A model generated the notes under the pieces. It did not search any database. It was given only the letters and a program-made list of their open reading frames with translations, and was not told the origin of the DNA. A program made the position numbers and the translations under genes. A DNA stretch of 64,000 nucleotides from Cryobacterium sp. (lineage in GTDB: Bacteria; Actinomycetota; Actinomycetes; Actinomycetales; Microbacteriaceae), in contig JAHBSW010000002.1 in the NCBI GenBank assembly GCA_019638935.1, positions 37,968-101,967 of the forward strand, written 5' to 3'. This document shows, in pieces, positions 43,092-53,004 of the stretch; position 1 is the stretch's first letter; each line of letters begins with the position of its first letter.

Positions 43092-43715
43092 GTGCGTGAG
43101 GACACCGAAGACACCGTCATTCGTGCGCGACACCCCTCCTCGCCGACCCCGGCGAGCGACGCGGATGCTCTCGCCGATACGGTGCTGAGGAAAAGCAGTG
43201 CTCCGCCACCGCTTGTGGAGCCGGTAGAGCCAGCCGATTCGGGGGACTGGAAGCGTGCGCTCACCGGGGATCTGACCGCCGACCTCCCGACGACTCAGCC
43301 GCACGCCGCGCCCTCCCGTCAGGCATCCGCCTCGCCGCCGAGCTCGGCACCGGCCGAACGATCGGTGCACAGCATCCGCGTGGGAGGCAGCGAGTTCTCG
43401 CTCGAGGCCCCCGCCTTCATCGGTCGTCACCCGAGCACCCCGCGCATCATGGGAACGAGACCGGTGCGCCTCGTGCGGGTTCCCTCGCCGAACCGCGAGA
43501 TCTCGTCGACTCACGTGTCGATCCAGCAGGAGGGATCCTCGGTCGTCGTGACCGATCTGGGGTCGACGAACGGCACGACGATCATCGGTTCCGGCCCGAC
43601 ACCGGTGCCGCTGCGTCGTGGCGATTCGATGGTCGTGCTGCCCGGTAGCCTCGTCGACCTGGGCGACTCCGTCGTCATCGAGGTACTCGCCGCGAAGTGG
43701 ACCGCGGATGACTGA
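43092..43715 (+). CDS. FHA domain-containing protein
   Basis: Disordered Pro/Ser/Ala-rich N-terminal half, then an FHA core FIGRHP...ISSTHVSI...TDLGSTNGTTI. Confidence 0.88.
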   Translation: MREDTEDTVIRARHPSSPTPASDADALADTVLRKSSAPPPLVEPVEPADSGDWKRALTGDLTADLPTTQPHAAPSRQASASPPSSAPAERSVHSIRVGGSEFSLEAPAFIGRHPSTPRIMGTRPVRLVRVPSPNREISSTHVSIQQEGSSVVVTDLGSTNGTTIIGSGPTPVPLRRGDSMVVLPGSLVDLGDSVVIEVLAAKWTADD

Positions 43716-44496
43716 GATCGGCACGTCGCAGGGCACCTATCGTGTCGCTGCGGGTGGGGCGGCGTCGCAGCCCGTGTTCGACATCCACTGGGGTGCCGTG
43801 ACCGACATCGGACACAAGCGCTCGCACAACGAGGACAGCTATCTCGCGGTTCCCCCGATCTTCGCCGTCGCCGACGGGATGGGCGGGCACAGCGCCGGCG
43901 ACGTCGCGAGCGATGCCGTGGTCTCCCGGTTGTCGGAGCTCGAGGGCGACGTTGTCGAACCCGCCGACATCGCGAAGGCCCTCGGTCGGGCGACAGTCGA
44001 CCTGACCTCGGCCATCGACGAAGCAGGTCTCGGCGTCGGCACGACGGTGACCGGTGCCGCCTTCACCATGGTGGACGACGCCGTCACCTGGGCGATCTTC
44101 AATATCGGCGATTCCCGGGTGTACCTTTTCGAGAAGTTCGCCCTCGAGCAGGTCACGCGCGACCATTCGGTCGTTCAGGAGCTCGTCAGCGCGGGCAGGC
44201 TCGATCCCCGAGACGCCGAGAACCACCCCGACGCCAACGTCATCACCCGAGCGGTGGGCTTCGGGGGTTCGCCGATTCTCGATGTCTGGCTTGTGCCGGT
44301 GCGACCCGGCACACGCCTGCTCGTGTGCTCTGACGGGCTCACACGGGAGCTCAGCGACCCGTATCTTCGCGACCTGCTCGCCGAGGGTCTCGGCCCCTTC
44401 GAAACGGCCGAACTGCTGCGCGATAAGGCGCTCGCTGCCGGTGGGAGGGACAACGTCACGGCCATCGTCGTCGATGTCGCCTCGGCGCCGGCGTAA
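43708..44496 (+). CDS. PP2C-family Ser/Thr protein phosphatase
   Basis: Motifs GHKRSHNEDSY, AVADGMGGHSAGDVAS, NIGDSRVY and GGRDNVTAIVVDV. ATG 43708 overlaps the FHA gene end by 8 nt. Confidence 0.9.
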   Translation: MTEIGTSQGTYRVAAGGAASQPVFDIHWGAVTDIGHKRSHNEDSYLAVPPIFAVADGMGGHSAGDVASDAVVSRLSELEGDVVEPADIAKALGRATVDLTSAIDEAGLGVGTTVTGAAFTMVDDAVTWAIFNIGDSRVYLFEKFALEQVTRDHSVVQELVSAGRLDPRDAENHPDANVITRAVGFGGSPILDVWLVPVRPGTRLLVCSDGLTRELSDPYLRDLLAEGLGPFETAELLRDKALAAGGRDNVTAIVVDVASAPA

Positions 44497-44620
44497 CCGG
44501 CACAGATCTGTGGACATTGTCAGGTGGTCAGCGCAGGTTGCCCGCTTACAATGAGACTTTCTGGCGGGGGTTGCCGTTCCGCGCCTAGTTCACGCACGAG
44601 GGGCAGGATGGGGAGAATCT

Positions 44621-46051
44621 ATGGCTCGTCGCTTACCGTCGACCCCGCCCGTGCTCCCGGGCTTCAGCCACGTGCACATTCTGGGCACGGGCGGGTTTGC
44701 CGACGTGTTCCTCTACGAGCAGAACATGCCTCGCCGACAGGTGGCTGTGAAAGTCATGCTCAGCGAGGTCGTCAACAACTCGGTGCGGCAGATGTTCCAG
44801 GCCGAGGCCAACCTCATGGCCAAGCTCTCGACCCATCCCTCGATCCTCACGGTCTACCAGGCCGGCGTCTCGGCCGACGGTCGCCCCTATCTCGTGATGG
44901 AACTCTGCTCGCCGTCGCTCAGCGAACGGTACCGCATCGAGCGCATTCCGGTTCCGGATGTTCTGCGCATCGCCATCCGCATCGGCAGCGCGATCGAGTC
45001 CGCGCACCGTGAGGGCGTCCTGCACCGCGATATCAAGCCGTCGAACATCCTCACGACGGCATATGGGCATCCTGTGCTCTCCGATTTCGGCATCGCCTCG
45101 ACCCTGAGCGATTCGGGTCAGCTCGACGCCATCGGGATGTCGATCCCGTGGTCGGCGCCCGAGGTGCTGCTCGACGAGACGGCGGGCACGGTCGCGAGCG
45201 AGGTGTGGTCGCTCGGTGCGACCGTCTACTCGCTGCTCGCGGGCCGCTCGCCGTTCGAGCTCACCGACGGCTCGAACCAGCCGGAGGACCTCATCGGTCG
45301 CATCGCCCGCGCGAAACCGCAACCGATCGGTCGCGACGACGTTCCCGCGAGCCTCGAGCGCCTGCTCGGCGAGGCGATGCAGCGCCGTCCGCACAATCGC
45401 CCCCACACGGTGCTGGAACTGGTTCGCGGATTCCAAGCGGTGGAGACCGAACTGGGTCTTCCCCAGACCCCGCTCGAGGTCGCGGTCGATGAGTGGGCAA
45501 CGGCGACGGTCGGCGACCTCGAGGAGCGCACCCGTGTGCGCGTGAACCACTCTCCGGCCGCTCCCCATTCGGCGCGTCAGCGTCGTCGGCTCGTGACCGA
45601 TACCGCGGGTGCGCCCGCGGGCATCGGCACGATTCACCGCGATGGCTCGGCGGGGTCAGCCGGTCTGAACACGAAGACCAGTCGACCGGGGTTCACGATG
45701 AACGCGTTCACCTGGACTCTCGTCATCAGCGCCGTGCTCGTGATCGCCCTCGGCACGATTTCGACGATCGTGCTGCTGCGTTCGCTCGCTGATCAGATAC
45801 CCCGGGTCACCGACATCGACGCGCGAGTGGTCGGAACGCAGGTCGAGTTCTCCTGGGAGGATCCCGGACTCGATCGCGGTGACTCCTATCAGGTGTCGAC
45901 CGACGACGGCTTCAACTCCAGCATTCAGTCGTCGCGCACGTTCACGGTCGCGGCCGCGGAGGGCGATCGCGTGTGCCTCACGGTGACCGTCAATCGCAAC
46001 GGGCAGACCGGCGAGCCGAGCAATCGCAAGTGCGTGGACGTCAACGGCTAG
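44621..46051 (+). CDS. Hanks-type Ser/Thr protein kinase with one TM helix and an Fn3-like extracellular domain
   Basis: Gly loop LGTGGFADVF, Lys VAVKVM, catalytic loop HRDIKPSNIL, SDFGIA, and PWSAPE in the APE position. TM helix FTWTLVISAVLVIALGTISTIVLL, then VEFSWEDPG...YQVS...CLTVTV. Confidence 0.9.
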   Translation: MARRLPSTPPVLPGFSHVHILGTGGFADVFLYEQNMPRRQVAVKVMLSEVVNNSVRQMFQAEANLMAKLSTHPSILTVYQAGVSADGRPYLVMELCSPSLSERYRIERIPVPDVLRIAIRIGSAIESAHREGVLHRDIKPSNILTTAYGHPVLSDFGIASTLSDSGQLDAIGMSIPWSAPEVLLDETAGTVASEVWSLGATVYSLLAGRSPFELTDGSNQPEDLIGRIARAKPQPIGRDDVPASLERLLGEAMQRRPHNRPHTVLELVRGFQAVETELGLPQTPLEVAVDEWATATVGDLEERTRVRVNHSPAAPHSARQRRRLVTDTAGAPAGIGTIHRDGSAGSAGLNTKTSRPGFTMNAFTWTLVISAVLVIALGTISTIVLLRSLADQIPRVTDIDARVVGTQVEFSWEDPGLDRGDSYQVSTDDGFNSSIQSSRTFTVAAAEGDRVCLTVTVNRNGQTGEPSNRKCVDVNG

Positions 46052-46060
46052 GTCACGAGC

Positions 46061-49000
46061 ATGATCATCAGTTGGATCTCCCGCAATCGGTCGGCGTTCG
46101 CGACCGCGATGAGCGGCACGGTGATCGCCGCTCTCGTCGCCACGCTGGCGATCGTGTCGGGCGGATACACGGCCCAGCAGGTCGAGCTCAGCGATGGGTC
46201 GGTGTGGGTCGCCAAGGGTGACGAGCAGCTCATCGGTCGCGCGAACGTCGACGTGCTCGAGCTCAACTCCGTCGTCGGTGCGGAGGGCACCGAGCTCGAG
46301 GTGGTGCAGCAGGGCGCGACGGTGCTGCTCATGGATCGCACGAACTCACGACTCGACGTCATCGATGCGGCGACCTCGACCGTCGTCGACGAAACGGCCA
46401 TGCCGACGGCGGCACCGCGCGTGTTCTTGGCGGGCGGCAATGCGGTCGTGACGGATGCCAACGGTCGAGTCTGGATTCTGCCCGCGGCCTCGCTCGGAGA
46501 GTTCGACCTCGACTCGCAGCCGGCGCTCAATCTCGGCGGGGATGCCGTCTACAGCATGGATTCGTCGGGGGTGCTCGCGGCGTACTCGCAGGTTGCGGGC
46601 GAGGTGTACCGCATCGATGCGGCCAATGGTGGACGAGTGCTCGCCTCGGTCGAGGCACCGTTCGGCGTTCCCGCGAGCGAGTTGCAGGTCGCCTGGGTCG
46701 GCGAGCACTGGGTGCTCTTCGACGCGGTGAACCACGACGCCCTCATCGACGGCCGTGAGGTCGACCTCACCGCACAGTTCACGCTCGCAGAACGTCCGAA
46801 GCTGCAGGCGTCAGCGGTGTCGGGAGATTCCGTGCTCATCTCATCCCCGCAGGGGCTTCTCGATCTGCCGCTCTCGGGTGGCGAACCGAGCGTCGTCGTC
46901 GGCGGACGAACCGGCTTCGCCGCCCAGCCGCTCGTCCTCGATGAGTGCCGCTTCGCGGCATGGAGCGATGGAACGCTGTGGCGGCAGTGCGCCGACCCCA
47001 CCGGCATCCAGTTCTCCCTCGAGGGCATGTCGCTCGGCGCTTCGCAGCTCGAGTTCGCCGTCAACGGCACTCGCGTCGTGCTCAATGACCCTCGCGGAGG
47101 AAGCACCTGGGCGGCGCAGCGCTCGGGTGAGCTGATCGACAACTGGGCCGACCTCGTCACTCTTCGCGAGGAGGAGCAAGCAGTCGTCGTGGACGACCCG
47201 AACGCCGACATCGAGTTCGAGCGCGCTCAGAAGCCCCCGGTGGCGGTGGACGACTCCTTCGGGGCGAGGCCCGGGCGCAGCTCCGTGCTGCCCGTGCTGC
47301 TCAATGACCACGACCCCAATGGTGACGTGCTCGTGGTGTCGCGCGTGAGTGCCATCGACGAGTCCCTCGGTCGCGTCGATCTCATCAACAACCGGCAACA
47401 GGTGCAGCTCACGCTGACCGACTCGGCAAGCGGAATCATCACGTTCGACTACTCCATCACCGACGGCCGGGGCGGGGAGGACTCGGCGATCGTCACGGTG
47501 ACCGTTCGCTCGCCCGACGAGAACTCGGCGCCCGAGCAGCGGTGGGCGAGCAGCACTCTCGTGGCGCAGGGTGGTCGCGTGACGACATCCGTTCTCGGCG
47601 ACTGGGTCGACCCAGACGGCGACACCATCTACCTCGCATCGGCGACGACCGCCGCGCCCGACCTGGTGAGCTACACGCCTGCGGGCATGGTGGTTTTCAC
47701 GGAGGGCGGTGCCACGGGTCAGACGCGGGGTGTCTCCCTCGTCGTGACGGATGGTCAAGCCGAGGGAGTGGGCTCGTTGAGCGTCACGGTCGAGCCCCCG
47801 GGCGAGGTGCCGATCATCGCCGAGAACTTCGTCGTTCTCGCCTACGCCGGCCAGGAGCTGCGCGTGGAGCCGCTCGGCCATGTGCGAGGCGGAACGGGAG
47901 AGATACGCCTGAGCTCGATCGCGCCCATCACCGGCGCAAGCGTCAGTGCGAACCTCGATGACGGCATTTTTCGCTTCATGAGCGAGACACCGAAAACGTA
48001 CCTGCTCGAGTACGTCGTCAACGATGGATCGCAGACCGCGGCAGGTATCGCGCGAATCGACGTCGCGGCTCCGCCGGATGCCAACTCCAAGCCCATCACC
48101 GTGCCCAAGACCGTGTTCGTGCAGACGCTCGGCTCGAACACCGTCGACATCGCCGCAAGCGACATCGACCCGAGCGGCGGGGTGCTGCTCGTCACCGGCG
48201 TATACAACGTGCCCGCTCGCTCCGGGGTTCAAGTGGAGCTCATCGAGCACCGCATCGCGCGGGTGACGCTCACTGCTCCTCTCGACGACGGTCCGGTTCT
48301 CTTCAACTACCGGGTCAGCAACGGGCTCGCCGAGGCGGAGGGCGAGGTCACGGTCATCGAGATCCCGCGCCCGACGCGGTTGCAGCCACCCGTGGCGATG
48401 CCCGATGCGATCTCGGTTCGGGTCGGGGCCGCGATCGACATCCCCGTGCTCGACAACGATGTTCACCCCGATGGCGAGGAACTCACCCTCGACCGCGACC
48501 TCGCCGTGCAGCTCGGCGACGACGGCGGTCTGCTGTTCAGCACGGGCCGCCTCCTGCGGTACCTCGCCCCCGATCGTCCGGGCGACTTCACCGCGACGTA
48601 CACCGTGCGCGGGCCGGACGGACAGGCGGCGAATGCGCGGGTCACCATCACCGTTCGAGAACGGGTGGAGGCGACCAACCGACCACCCGTGCCACGCATC
48701 ATCGTTGCGCGCGTACTCGCAGGCGAGTCGGTGACGATCCCGATTCCACTGAGCGGCATCGACCCGGACGGCGACACCGTGCAGTTGCTGGGGCAGGAGT
48801 CGAACCCCGAGAAGGGCTCGGTGACGTCAACGGGATCCGACAGTCTGACCTATCGCGCCGGCAGCTACTCCGCGGGCTCCGACGCTTTCTCGTACACGGT
48901 CATGGACGCCCTCGGTGCACGAGCGACAGGAATCGTTCGCGTGGGGATCAGCCCGCGGCTCGACGGAGCCCGCAATCCCGTCGCGACCCCCGACACGGTG

Positions 49001-51988
49001 TCCATCCGCCCGGGAGGGACCGTGACCGTGCAGGTGCTCTCGAACGACTCCGATCCCGACGGCAGTCCGCTGACGGTGACCGCCGTGGAACCCAGTGACG
49101 ACGAGGTGGAGGCGACGACGGATGGGCAGGTCGTCACGGTCACGCCCCCCGCTGTGCCCGGCAGCTACGGAGTCGTCTACACCATCCAGAACGCCGTGGG
49201 CGGCACGAGCTCTGCGTTCCTCACCGTCACGGTCGACCCCGATGCCCCGCGCGCGTATCCGATCATTCGCGACGCCGTGCTCAATCTCACCGACATCCTG
49301 GATCTCGACGAGGTCGACGTGAACGTGCTCGCGGGTGCGTTCTTCGCCGACGGTCCCGTGTCTGAACTGGGTGTCTCGCTCTTGCCCGGCTACGACGATG
49401 CGGCAACGGTGACGCCGACGAAACGCATTCGGGTGACGATCGGCGACCGCAGTCAGATCATTCCGTTCGCGGTGTCGCACCCCGACGACGCGGAGCTGCG
49501 CTCCTTCGCGTTCGTCTGGGTTCCGGGCTACGACGATGCCCTGCCGCAGATCAATCGCAGGGCGCCTGCGCTCACGATTCCCAGCGAGTCGACTCTCACG
49601 ATCGACCTGAAGCAGTACGTCGTCGCGATCGGCGGCGGACCGGTCTGGCTCACCGATACGTCGACCGTTCACGCGACGCACACCAATGGCGAGTCGCTCG
49701 TCGTCGACCGGCAGACACTGCGGTTCACCTCAGCGGACAAGTACTTCGGACCCGCCTCGATCTCGTTCGAGGTCACCGACGGCACGACGGCGGATGACCC
49801 CGACGGCAGGCGCGCGACGCTCGTGCTGCCCATCACCGTGACTCCGCGCGAGAACCAGCCGCCCATCTTCAACGGCGCGGTTCTCTCGTTCGAGCCCGCG
49901 GAAGAGCGCACCCTCAACCTGTTGAATCTCACGACCTACCCCTATGACGACGATCTCGACGAGCTCGCGTACACCGCGCTTGCTCCGCTTCCCGTCGGAT
50001 TCAGCTATTCGCTCACCGGCCAGCAGCTGACGATCCGGGCGAATGAGGATGCCGTCAAGGGCACCAAGACCGCTCTCGTGCTCGCCGTGCGCGACGATCT
50101 CGAGGAGGGCAAGGCGGGCCGCATCGAGCTCACGGTCGTCGCATCCAGCCGCCCGCTGGCGAGCCCCGCCCCGGATTCCTTCGTCGCCCCGCGCGGCGAG
50201 ACGACCGTCTTCGACGTGCTCGCCAACGATCAGGCGACGAACCCATTCCCCGGCTCGCCTCTCACGGTCGTCGATGTTCGCGGCGTCGGCGGCAGCGACC
50301 TGCCGCCGGGGGTGACGGTCGTGCCGAGCTCGGACAACCGCAGGCTCTCGGTGACGGTGTCGCCTGATGCCGCGCCGCAGGACATCAACCTGCAGTACCA
50401 GGTGCACGATGCGACGCGGGATCCCGACCGTGCCGTGTGGGGCAATGTGCGGGTGCAGATTCAGGACCGACCCGATCCGGTCACGGCGGCGCGCGTCACC
50501 GGATTCGGAGACAAGCGTCTCACGGTCGCGTGGAACCCTGGCGCCGCCAACAACTCGCCGATCACCGGCTACGAGGTGACCGCGACCCGTTCGGACACGG
50601 GTTCGGTCATCGGCGTCACGTCGTGCACGGTGACGAGCGGATGCGACATCCCGACCTCCGGCAATGGGCCGGCCAACGGCGTGCGTGTCGCGGTCTCCGC
50701 GATCAACTCGATCGGCAAGTCCGATGCCACGAACGTGCCGGGAGTCGCGTGGTCCGATGTCATCCCCGCCGCGGTCGGGGGAGTGAGCACGGTGGCCACC
50801 AACACGGCCCCCGCCGGAGGCTCGATCAGCGTGAGCTGGAACCCCGTTCCCGATCCGACACCCGGGTCCGCTCTCGTCGGCTACGTGGTGCGCATCACCG
50901 GGCCGAGCGTCGATCTCGCGATTTCGCGCGGTCCCTCGATCACGAGCCTCGACTACACCAACGCCGACGGAGTGCTCAAGCCGAACACGCAGTACTCGGT
51001 GACCGTCTACGCGAGGAACAGCGCGCAGGTAGCTTCGGAATCGGCGTGGCTTCGCAGCACACCGGTCGCGGTCACGCCCGTCGGTCCTCCCGGCGCGGTC
51101 GCGGGTGGTGTGTCGGGAGTGGTCGTCAACGCGCAGGGTCACGTGCAGATCAGCTGGGGGGCGGCAAGTCCCAATGGTGCATCGGGCGTGAGGTACTCCG
51201 TCGGCCGCTTTCTCGAGTCCGATGAACTGCCCACGACGTGTCAAGCGCCGAGCCCGGGTTCCGGAGGCAACGTCACGAGCCCCTGGGTCGATACCACCGT
51301 GGCCGATCAGGTGACCTACCGCTACGTCGTCTACGTCACCAACGTCGACAGCGCCGAGAACCCCTTCTATTGCACGCTCAATGCGTCAGGCCCGGTGCGC
51401 ACGATGCAGCCCCCGGGTCAAGCGAGCGGCAGCACGGCGATCGAGTTCCGCAATGGTCAGTTCGATGTGCGGGCGGGCACCGATCTCAGCGTCGCGACGC
51501 ACTCGGCCGAGAAGTTCCAGTTCTCGATCAACTCGGGGCCGTTCATCGACCTCCCCGCAGACCGTTGGCTCACGTCGATGGAGAACTCGGCGATGTACGG
51601 CAGCCTCATGACCGTTCAATACCGCGGATGTCGGGACGCGAGTGAGAATTTCTGCGGTGAGCCGTCGGCGATCGTGACGCTCCGGCCGGTCAACGCGCGG
51701 GCGACGATGGCCAGCTGCGTCGTGGGCGCGCAAGCGCTTGCAAGCCCCCCGGCCAACCCGGGCGGCTCGCCGACCGTGACCTTCCAGTACTCGTTCCACG
51801 ATGGCGGCGACACGTCCGACTGGACGGCCTTCTCGAGCGATGCGACCGTGCCGCCGCCCGCGGTCACCGATCCCGATGAAGCCGACGCGGTCGTGCGTGT
51901 TCGAGTGAAAGCCACCGTCGATTTCGGAGACGGCTCGCCGCGCACCGATGAGGCAAGTTCACCGGCTTTCGAGTGCAGTCCAGAATGA
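46061..51988 (+). CDS. giant (1975 aa) N-terminally anchored surface protein with tandem Ig/cadherin-like modules and fibronectin type III domains
   Basis: N-terminal signal-anchor AFATAMSGTVIAALVATLAIVSGG. About 11 modules of roughly 95 aa carry P-x-A-x-x-D...V-L-x-N-D-x-D-P-x-G-D-type motifs (for example VLLNDHDPNGDVL, VLDNDVHPDGEEL, VLSNDSDPDGSPL). About 3 Fn3 modules follow (LTVAWNPG...ITGYEV). No C-terminal LPXTG is visible. Confidence 0.85.
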   Translation: MIISWISRNRSAFATAMSGTVIAALVATLAIVSGGYTAQQVELSDGSVWVAKGDEQLIGRANVDVLELNSVVGAEGTELEVVQQGATVLLMDRTNSRLDVIDAATSTVVDETAMPTAAPRVFLAGGNAVVTDANGRVWILPAASLGEFDLDSQPALNLGGDAVYSMDSSGVLAAYSQVAGEVYRIDAANGGRVLASVEAPFGVPASELQVAWVGEHWVLFDAVNHDALIDGREVDLTAQFTLAERPKLQASAVSGDSVLISSPQGLLDLPLSGGEPSVVVGGRTGFAAQPLVLDECRFAAWSDGTLWRQCADPTGIQFSLEGMSLGASQLEFAVNGTRVVLNDPRGGSTWAAQRSGELIDNWADLVTLREEEQAVVVDDPNADIEFERAQKPPVAVDDSFGARPGRSSVLPVLLNDHDPNGDVLVVSRVSAIDESLGRVDLINNRQQVQLTLTDSASGIITFDYSITDGRGGEDSAIVTVTVRSPDENSAPEQRWASSTLVAQGGRVTTSVLGDWVDPDGDTIYLASATTAAPDLVSYTPAGMVVFTEGGATGQTRGVSLVVTDGQAEGVGSLSVTVEPPGEVPIIAENFVVLAYAGQELRVEPLGHVRGGTGEIRLSSIAPITGASVSANLDDGIFRFMSETPKTYLLEYVVNDGSQTAAGIARIDVAAPPDANSKPITVPKTVFVQTLGSNTVDIAASDIDPSGGVLLVTGVYNVPARSGVQVELIEHRIARVTLTAPLDDGPVLFNYRVSNGLAEAEGEVTVIEIPRPTRLQPPVAMPDAISVRVGAAIDIPVLDNDVHPDGEELTLDRDLAVQLGDDGGLLFSTGRLLRYLAPDRPGDFTATYTVRGPDGQAANARVTITVRERVEATNRPPVPRIIVARVLAGESVTIPIPLSGIDPDGDTVQLLGQESNPEKGSVTSTGSDSLTYRAGSYSAGSDAFSYTVMDALGARATGIVRVGISPRLDGARNPVATPDTVSIRPGGTVTVQVLSNDSDPDGSPLTVTAVEPSDDEVEATTDGQVVTVTPPAVPGSYGVVYTIQNAVGGTSSAFLTVTVDPDAPRAYPIIRDAVLNLTDILDLDEVDVNVLAGAFFADGPVSELGVSLLPGYDDAATVTPTKRIRVTIGDRSQIIPFAVSHPDDAELRSFAFVWVPGYDDALPQINRRAPALTIPSESTLTIDLKQYVVAIGGGPVWLTDTSTVHATHTNGESLVVDRQTLRFTSADKYFGPASISFEVTDGTTADDPDGRRATLVLPITVTPRENQPPIFNGAVLSFEPAEERTLNLLNLTTYPYDDDLDELAYTALAPLPVGFSYSLTGQQLTIRANEDAVKGTKTALVLAVRDDLEEGKAGRIELTVVASSRPLASPAPDSFVAPRGETTVFDVLANDQATNPFPGSPLTVVDVRGVGGSDLPPGVTVVPSSDNRRLSVTVSPDAAPQDINLQYQVHDATRDPDRAVWGNVRVQIQDRPDPVTAARVTGFGDKRLTVAWNPGAANNSPITGYEVTATRSDTGSVIGVTSCTVTSGCDIPTSGNGPANGVRVAVSAINSIGKSDATNVPGVAWSDVIPAAVGGVSTVATNTAPAGGSISVSWNPVPDPTPGSALVGYVVRITGPSVDLAISRGPSITSLDYTNADGVLKPNTQYSVTVYARNSAQVASESAWLRSTPVAVTPVGPPGAVAGGVSGVVVNAQGHVQISWGAASPNGASGVRYSVGRFLESDELPTTCQAPSPGSGGNVTSPWVDTTVADQVTYRYVVYVTNVDSAENPFYCTLNASGPVRTMQPPGQASGSTAIEFRNGQFDVRAGTDLSVATHSAEKFQFSINSGPFIDLPADRWLTSMENSAMYGSLMTVQYRGCRDASENFCGEPSAIVTLRPVNARATMASCVVGAQALASPPANPGGSPTVTFQYSFHDGGDTSDWTAFSSDATVPPPAVTDPDEADAVVRVRVKATVDFGDGSPRTDEASSPAFECSPE

Positions 51989-52032
51989 AACCACCCCTTC
52001 CGCCCACTCCCGCCAACCGGAAAGACCAGACG

Positions 52033-53004
52033 ATGACGATGACCCCCGAGCAGGCCACCTGGTTCGCTGACGTATTCGATCGCCTCGTCGCGGGCGTCGA
52101 TCAGGTGCTTCTCGGCAAGACCTTCGTCGTCAAGCTCGCCTTCACCGCCCTGCTCAGCGAGGGTCACCTGCTGCTCGAGGATTTTCCGGGCACGGGCAAG
52201 ACTTCGCTCGCGCGCGCCATGGCACAGAGCGTCGACGGCACGAGCAATCGCATCCAGTTCACCCCCGACCTGCTGCCCGGTGACATCACCGGCGTGAGCG
52301 TCTACGACCAGAAGGCGGGCGCGTTCGAGTTTCACCAGGGTCCGGTGTTCGCGAGCATAGTGCTCGCTGACGAGATCAACCGCGCGAGCCCCAAGACTCA
52401 GGCGGCACTGCTCGAGGTCATGGAAGAGGGGCAGGTCACGGTCGACGGCGTCACCCACGATGTCGGCGAGCCCTTCATGGTCATCGCGACCCAGAATCCC
52501 GTCGAGCAAGCGGGCACCTACCGTCTGCCCGAGGCTCAGCTCGACCGCTTCATCATGAAGACATCGATCGGCTACCCCGACCACGCCTCGACCCTGCGCA
52601 TCCTGCAGGGTGCCTCGGCGAAGGCGCACGACGTCAAGGTTCCCGCGGTGGCGACCGCCGAGCTCATCGTCGAGATGGGGGCCATGGCACGCACGGTGCA
52701 CGTCGACCCGTCGATCAACGACTACGTCGCCCGGCTGGTCGAGGCCTCGCGCAATTCCGCGGAGGTTCGTCTCGGAGCGAGCGTGCGCGCCGCCCTTGCG
52801 CTCGTGCGCACCGCCAAGACGCTCGCTGCGGCGAGCGGCCGGCACTATGTCATTCCCGACGACGTCAAGGTGCTCGCAGAGCCCGTGCTCGCGCACCGCC
52901 TCGTGCTCGATCCCGAGGCCGAGTTCGAGGGCGTCACGGCATCCGGAATCGTGAGCCAGCTACTGCTCGAAACCGCTCCACCCTCCGATCGGCAGCCAGG
53001 GTGA
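52033..53004 (+). CDS. MoxR-family AAA+ ATPase
   Basis: Walker A LLLEDFPGTGKTSLARA, Walker B IVLADEINRASPKTQAALLEVMEE. Start ATG 52033 lies inside the track ORF. Confidence 0.9.
   Translation: MTMTPEQATWFADVFDRLVAGVDQVLLGKTFVVKLAFTALLSEGHLLLEDFPGTGKTSLARAMAQSVDGTSNRIQFTPDLLPGDITGVSVYDQKAGAFEFHQGPVFASIVLADEINRASPKTQAALLEVMEEGQVTVDGVTHDVGEPFMVIATQNPVEQAGTYRLPEAQLDRFIMKTSIGYPDHASTLRILQGASAKAHDVKVPAVATAELIVEMGAMARTVHVDPSINDYVARLVEASRNSAEVRLGASVRAALALVRTAKTLAAASGRHYVIPDDVKVLAEPVLAHRLVLDPEAEFEGVTASGIVSQLLLETAPPSDRQPG

Noticed and set aside
44547-44552. TACAAT hexamer in the 124-nt PP2C-kinase spacer as an internal promoter
   Set aside because: It matches a -10 consensus, but I found no convincing -35 at proper spacing. 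A single hexamer is weak evidence, so it is left as a note only.
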